Positions 61,616-64,000 of a stretch of 64,000 nucleotides of DNA are shown here, in pieces; within the stretch, counting starts at the first letter, position 1, and each line of letters begins with the position of its first letter. The notes under the pieces are model-generated. The model saw nothing but the letters and a program-made list of their open reading frames with translations. It was not told where the DNA came from and made no database searches. Both the position numbers and the translations under genes were made by a program. Origin of the DNA: Candidatus Entotheonellaceae bacterium (GTDB lineage: Bacteria > Tectomicrobia > Entotheonellia > Entotheonellales > Entotheonellaceae); contig OZ250173.1 in assembly GCA_965238075.1 (NCBI GenBank), forward strand, positions 1,504,001 to 1,568,000, given 5' to 3'.

Positions 61616-62281
61616 ATGGACCTGGTTCACACCATCTACGAGCCGCCGGGTGACGGCCCGCACCCGACGCTGCTGGTCCTGCACGGCTGGGGGGCCAACG
61701 CCTTGGACCTGCTCGGCCTGGCGCCGCACCTGGCCGCCGGACGCTTTCTCGTCCTGTGCCCGCAGGGGCCGGTGCAAACGCCGCTGGGACCCGGCATGGT
61801 GGGCTACGGCTGGTACCCGCTAATTCCCGGCACGCCGCCCCAGCCGCAGCAACTGCGGACGGCGCGCGACCACATCCTGAATTTCCTCGACGCGGCGGCG
61901 GAACGCTACCCGATCGACCCCAAAAAGCTCGGCGTTGTTGGCTTCAGCCAAGGCGGCGTCATGGCCTATACCCTAGCCTTCGATGCGCCGGGACGTTTTG
62001 CCGCCCTCGCCGCCCTCAGCACCTGGTGCCCGCCCGAGGCGGTCGAAAACGTTGCCGACCCCGACACCCTGCGATACCTGCCCACCCTCGTCCAGCACGG
62101 CTCGCGCGACGAACTCGTCGCCGTCGACCGCGCCCGCGAATCGGTCGAAACCCTCCGCGCCCGGCGCCTTCCCCTCACCTACCGCGAATACGACATCGGC
62201 CATGAGATCAACGCCCGTAGCCTCGCGGACCTCTCAGAGTGGTTGCGCGACAACGTCATCTCGCCCGTCATTGCCGTCTAA
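61616..62281 (+). CDS. Phospholipase/carboxylesterase
   Basis: LHGWG, GFSQG, HGSRD, GHEI. Confidence 0.85.
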   Translation: MDLVHTIYEPPGDGPHPTLLVLHGWGANALDLLGLAPHLAAGRFLVLCPQGPVQTPLGPGMVGYGWYPLIPGTPPQPQQLRTARDHILNFLDAAAERYPIDPKKLGVVGFSQGGVMAYTLAFDAPGRFAALAALSTWCPPEAVENVADPDTLRYLPTLVQHGSRDELVAVDRARESVETLRARRLPLTYREYDIGHEINARSLADLSEWLRDNVISPVIAV

Positions 62282-62345
62282 ATTCAGCGGCAAGTGGGGA
62301 GGCTCGCAGGACGGAGGATTAGAGCCACTTCGGTTCATAGCGGCT

Positions 62346-62420
62346 TGTCACTCCGGCGAAAGCCGGAGTCCAGAGGCACGCCGGAAAAATTACTGGATTC
62401 CGGGTCAAGCCCGGAATGAC
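62346..62420. repeat. Intergenic palindrome family C copy
   Basis: GTCACTCCGGCGAAAGCCGGAGTCCAG...CTGGATTCCGGGTCAAGCCCGGAATGAC. Confidence 0.7.
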
Positions 62421-62493
62421 GCTGTAGGACATTGGATAATTCGTTACAGAATTGAGAATTCTGCGGCGCAGCGCAATCCGACATTCCATCCCG

Positions 62494-63252
62494 TCAGTGC
62501 GACAGAATCTGGCTCAAAAACAGACGAGTACGCTCGGATTTCGGTTGGTTGAAGAACGTCTCGGGCGGGCCCGCCTCGATGATTTCGCCGGCGTCCATGA
62601 ACACCACGCGGTTGGCGACCTGGCGGGCGAAGCCCATTTCGTGGGTGACGCACAGCATCGTCATGCCGGACTCGGCAAGGTCGATCATGACGTCGAGCAC
62701 CTCGGAGATCATTTCGGGGTCGAGTGCCGAGGTAGGCTCGTCGAAGAGCATGATGTTCGGCTGCATGCACAGCGAGCGGGCGATGGCCACCCGCTGCTGC
62801 TGCCCGCCGGAGAGTTGCCCCGGGTATTTGCCCGCCTGCTCGGGAATCCGCACCCGTTCCAGGTATTGCATGGCCAGTTCCTCGGCGTCGCGCTGCGGCC
62901 GCCCGCGCACCCACATGGGCGACAGGGTGCAGTTCTCCAGCACGGTCAGGTGCGGAAACAGGTTGAAGTGTTGGAACACCATTCCCACTTCCCGCCGCAC
63001 GGTATCGATATTCTTGAGATCGTTGGTTAATTCCACGCCGTCAACGACCAGGCGGCCCTGCTGGTGCTCCTCAAGCCGGTTGATGCAGCGGATCAGGGTG
63101 GACTTGCCGGAACCGGACGGCCCGCAAATGACAACCCGCTCCCCGCGCGCCACGTCCATGTTGATGTCGTTGAGCACGTGCAGTTGACCGTACCACTTGT
63201 GCAAGCCCTGCATGTGCACCATCGTTCCGGCACTGGCGGCAGATGCGACCAT
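62494..63252 (-). CDS. Polar amino acid ABC ATPase (AapP/BztD-like)
   Basis: [27 protein letters not shown]. Confidence 0.93.
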   Translation of the reverse strand: MVASAASAGTMVHMQGLHKWYGQLHVLNDINMDVARGERVVICGPSGSGKSTLIRCINRLEEHQQGRLVVDGVELTNDLKNIDTVRREVGMVFQHFNLFPHLTVLENCTLSPMWVRGRPQRDAEELAMQYLERVRIPEQAGKYPGQLSGGQQQRVAIARSLCMQPNIMLFDEPTSALDPEMISEVLDVMIDLAESGMTMLCVTHEMGFARQVANRVVFMDAGEIIEAGPPETFFNQPKSERTRLFLSQILSH

Positions 63253-63353
63253 GCGGATTCTCCTTCTTCAGTAGCGTCTCACGTCCAACTTTCCCCCTCA
63301 CCCCAACCCTCTCCCGCCAGGGGACAGGGGGCCTTCAGCCCGCAAGAGGCGGT

Positions 63354-64000
63354 TCAGCGCTGCTGTCCGCTGCGGAACTGTGTTTCCAGGTATTGGCTGT
63401 ATTTCGACATGAAGAAGCACACCACGAAGTAAATCAACGCGATGAAGACGTAGCCCTCGACGAAAAACCGGCGCCATTGCGGGTCGGCGATGGCCTGGCG
63501 CATGGCCAGCAACAGGTCGGTGAGGCTGACGATGGCCACCAGCGAGGTATCCTTGAACAATCCGATAAAGATGTTAACGATGGCCGGGATGGCCACCGCA
63601 ATAGCCTGCGGCAGGATGATCTTGCGCTGCGCCTGCCAGTAGCTGAGGCCGAGGGCGTGCGCCGCCTCGTGCTGGCCCTTGGGAATCGCCTGCAGGCCGC
63701 CGCGCACCGCCTCGGCGAGGTAGGCCGCCGAGAACAGGATGATGGCCACCTGCGCCCGCAGGACCTCGTCGATGCGGACGCCGGTGGGCAGGAACAGCGG
63801 CAGCATGAAGGAGGCCATGAACAGCAGGCTGATGAGCGGCACGCCGCGAATGAGTTCGATGTAGACGCGGCACAGGATGCGGATCACCGGCATGCGCGAG
63901 CGCCGCCCGAGTGCCAGGAAGATCGACAGCGGAAAGGCGACGGCCAGGCCGATGACGGTGAGAATGAGCGTCAGCGGCAGTCCGCCCCACAGGTTGTTGG
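63354..64000 (-). CDS. Amino acid ABC permease (AapM-like), 5' part outside window
   Basis: LWGGLPLTL, RGVPLI, AYLAEAVRGG, FKDTSL. Confidence 0.9.
   Translation of the reverse strand, partial: NNLWGGLPLTLILTVIGLAVAFPLSIFLALGRRSRMPVIRILCRVYIELIRGVPLISLLFMASFMLPLFLPTGVRIDEVLRAQVAIILFSAAYLAEAVRGGLQAIPKGQHEAAHALGLSYWQAQRKIILPQAIAVAIPAIVNIFIGLFKDTSLVAIVSLTDLLLAMRQAIADPQWRRFFVEGYVFIALIYFVVCFFMSKYSQYLETQFRSGQQR

Noticed and set aside
1-64000. tRNA, rRNA or integrase genes
   Set aside because: None recognised by eye; a covariance-model scan would be needed to exclude small RNAs

Overview
GC-rich bacterial window; the gene mix (many LLM monooxygenases, peptide/TRAP transporters, dense intergenic palindromes, a TPR protein) suggests a Ca. 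Tectomicrobia/Entotheonella-like, possibly host-associated genome, though this is inference only. The most notable part is 341-10074, an 11-gene minus-strand operon. It couples a periplasmic module (cupredoxin-like protein, Tat-exported metallophosphoesterase, SoxA/TsdA-like monoheme cytochrome with a spare Cys, and a SoxY-SoxZ fusion whose SoxY half carries a superoxide-reductase-type His4/Cys metal site) to a divergent cbb3 oxidase and its assembly genes. This block plus an MNT-HEPN toxin-antitoxin pair lies between two ~95% identical copies of a polysaccharide deacetylase 3' end, like an integrated island. After it come hicB, an AAA ATPase + RloB defence pair, a trypanosomatid-like SCP2 thiolase, an amidase, a CPA2 antiporter, an archaeal-like uppS, a split glnE with ACT domains, lipid genes, lysA, peptide ABC, a xanthine dehydrogenase-family trio and a TRAP transporter. 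Later come a decayed solute-binding/NigD-like region with IS5/IS481, a BPHL-like hydrolase, several catabolic oxygenase genes (including cmoO/cmoJ-like), hisN and an amino-acid ABC transporter. No rRNA, tRNA or CRISPR array was seen. Family calls rest on motif recognition from memory; no searches were run.
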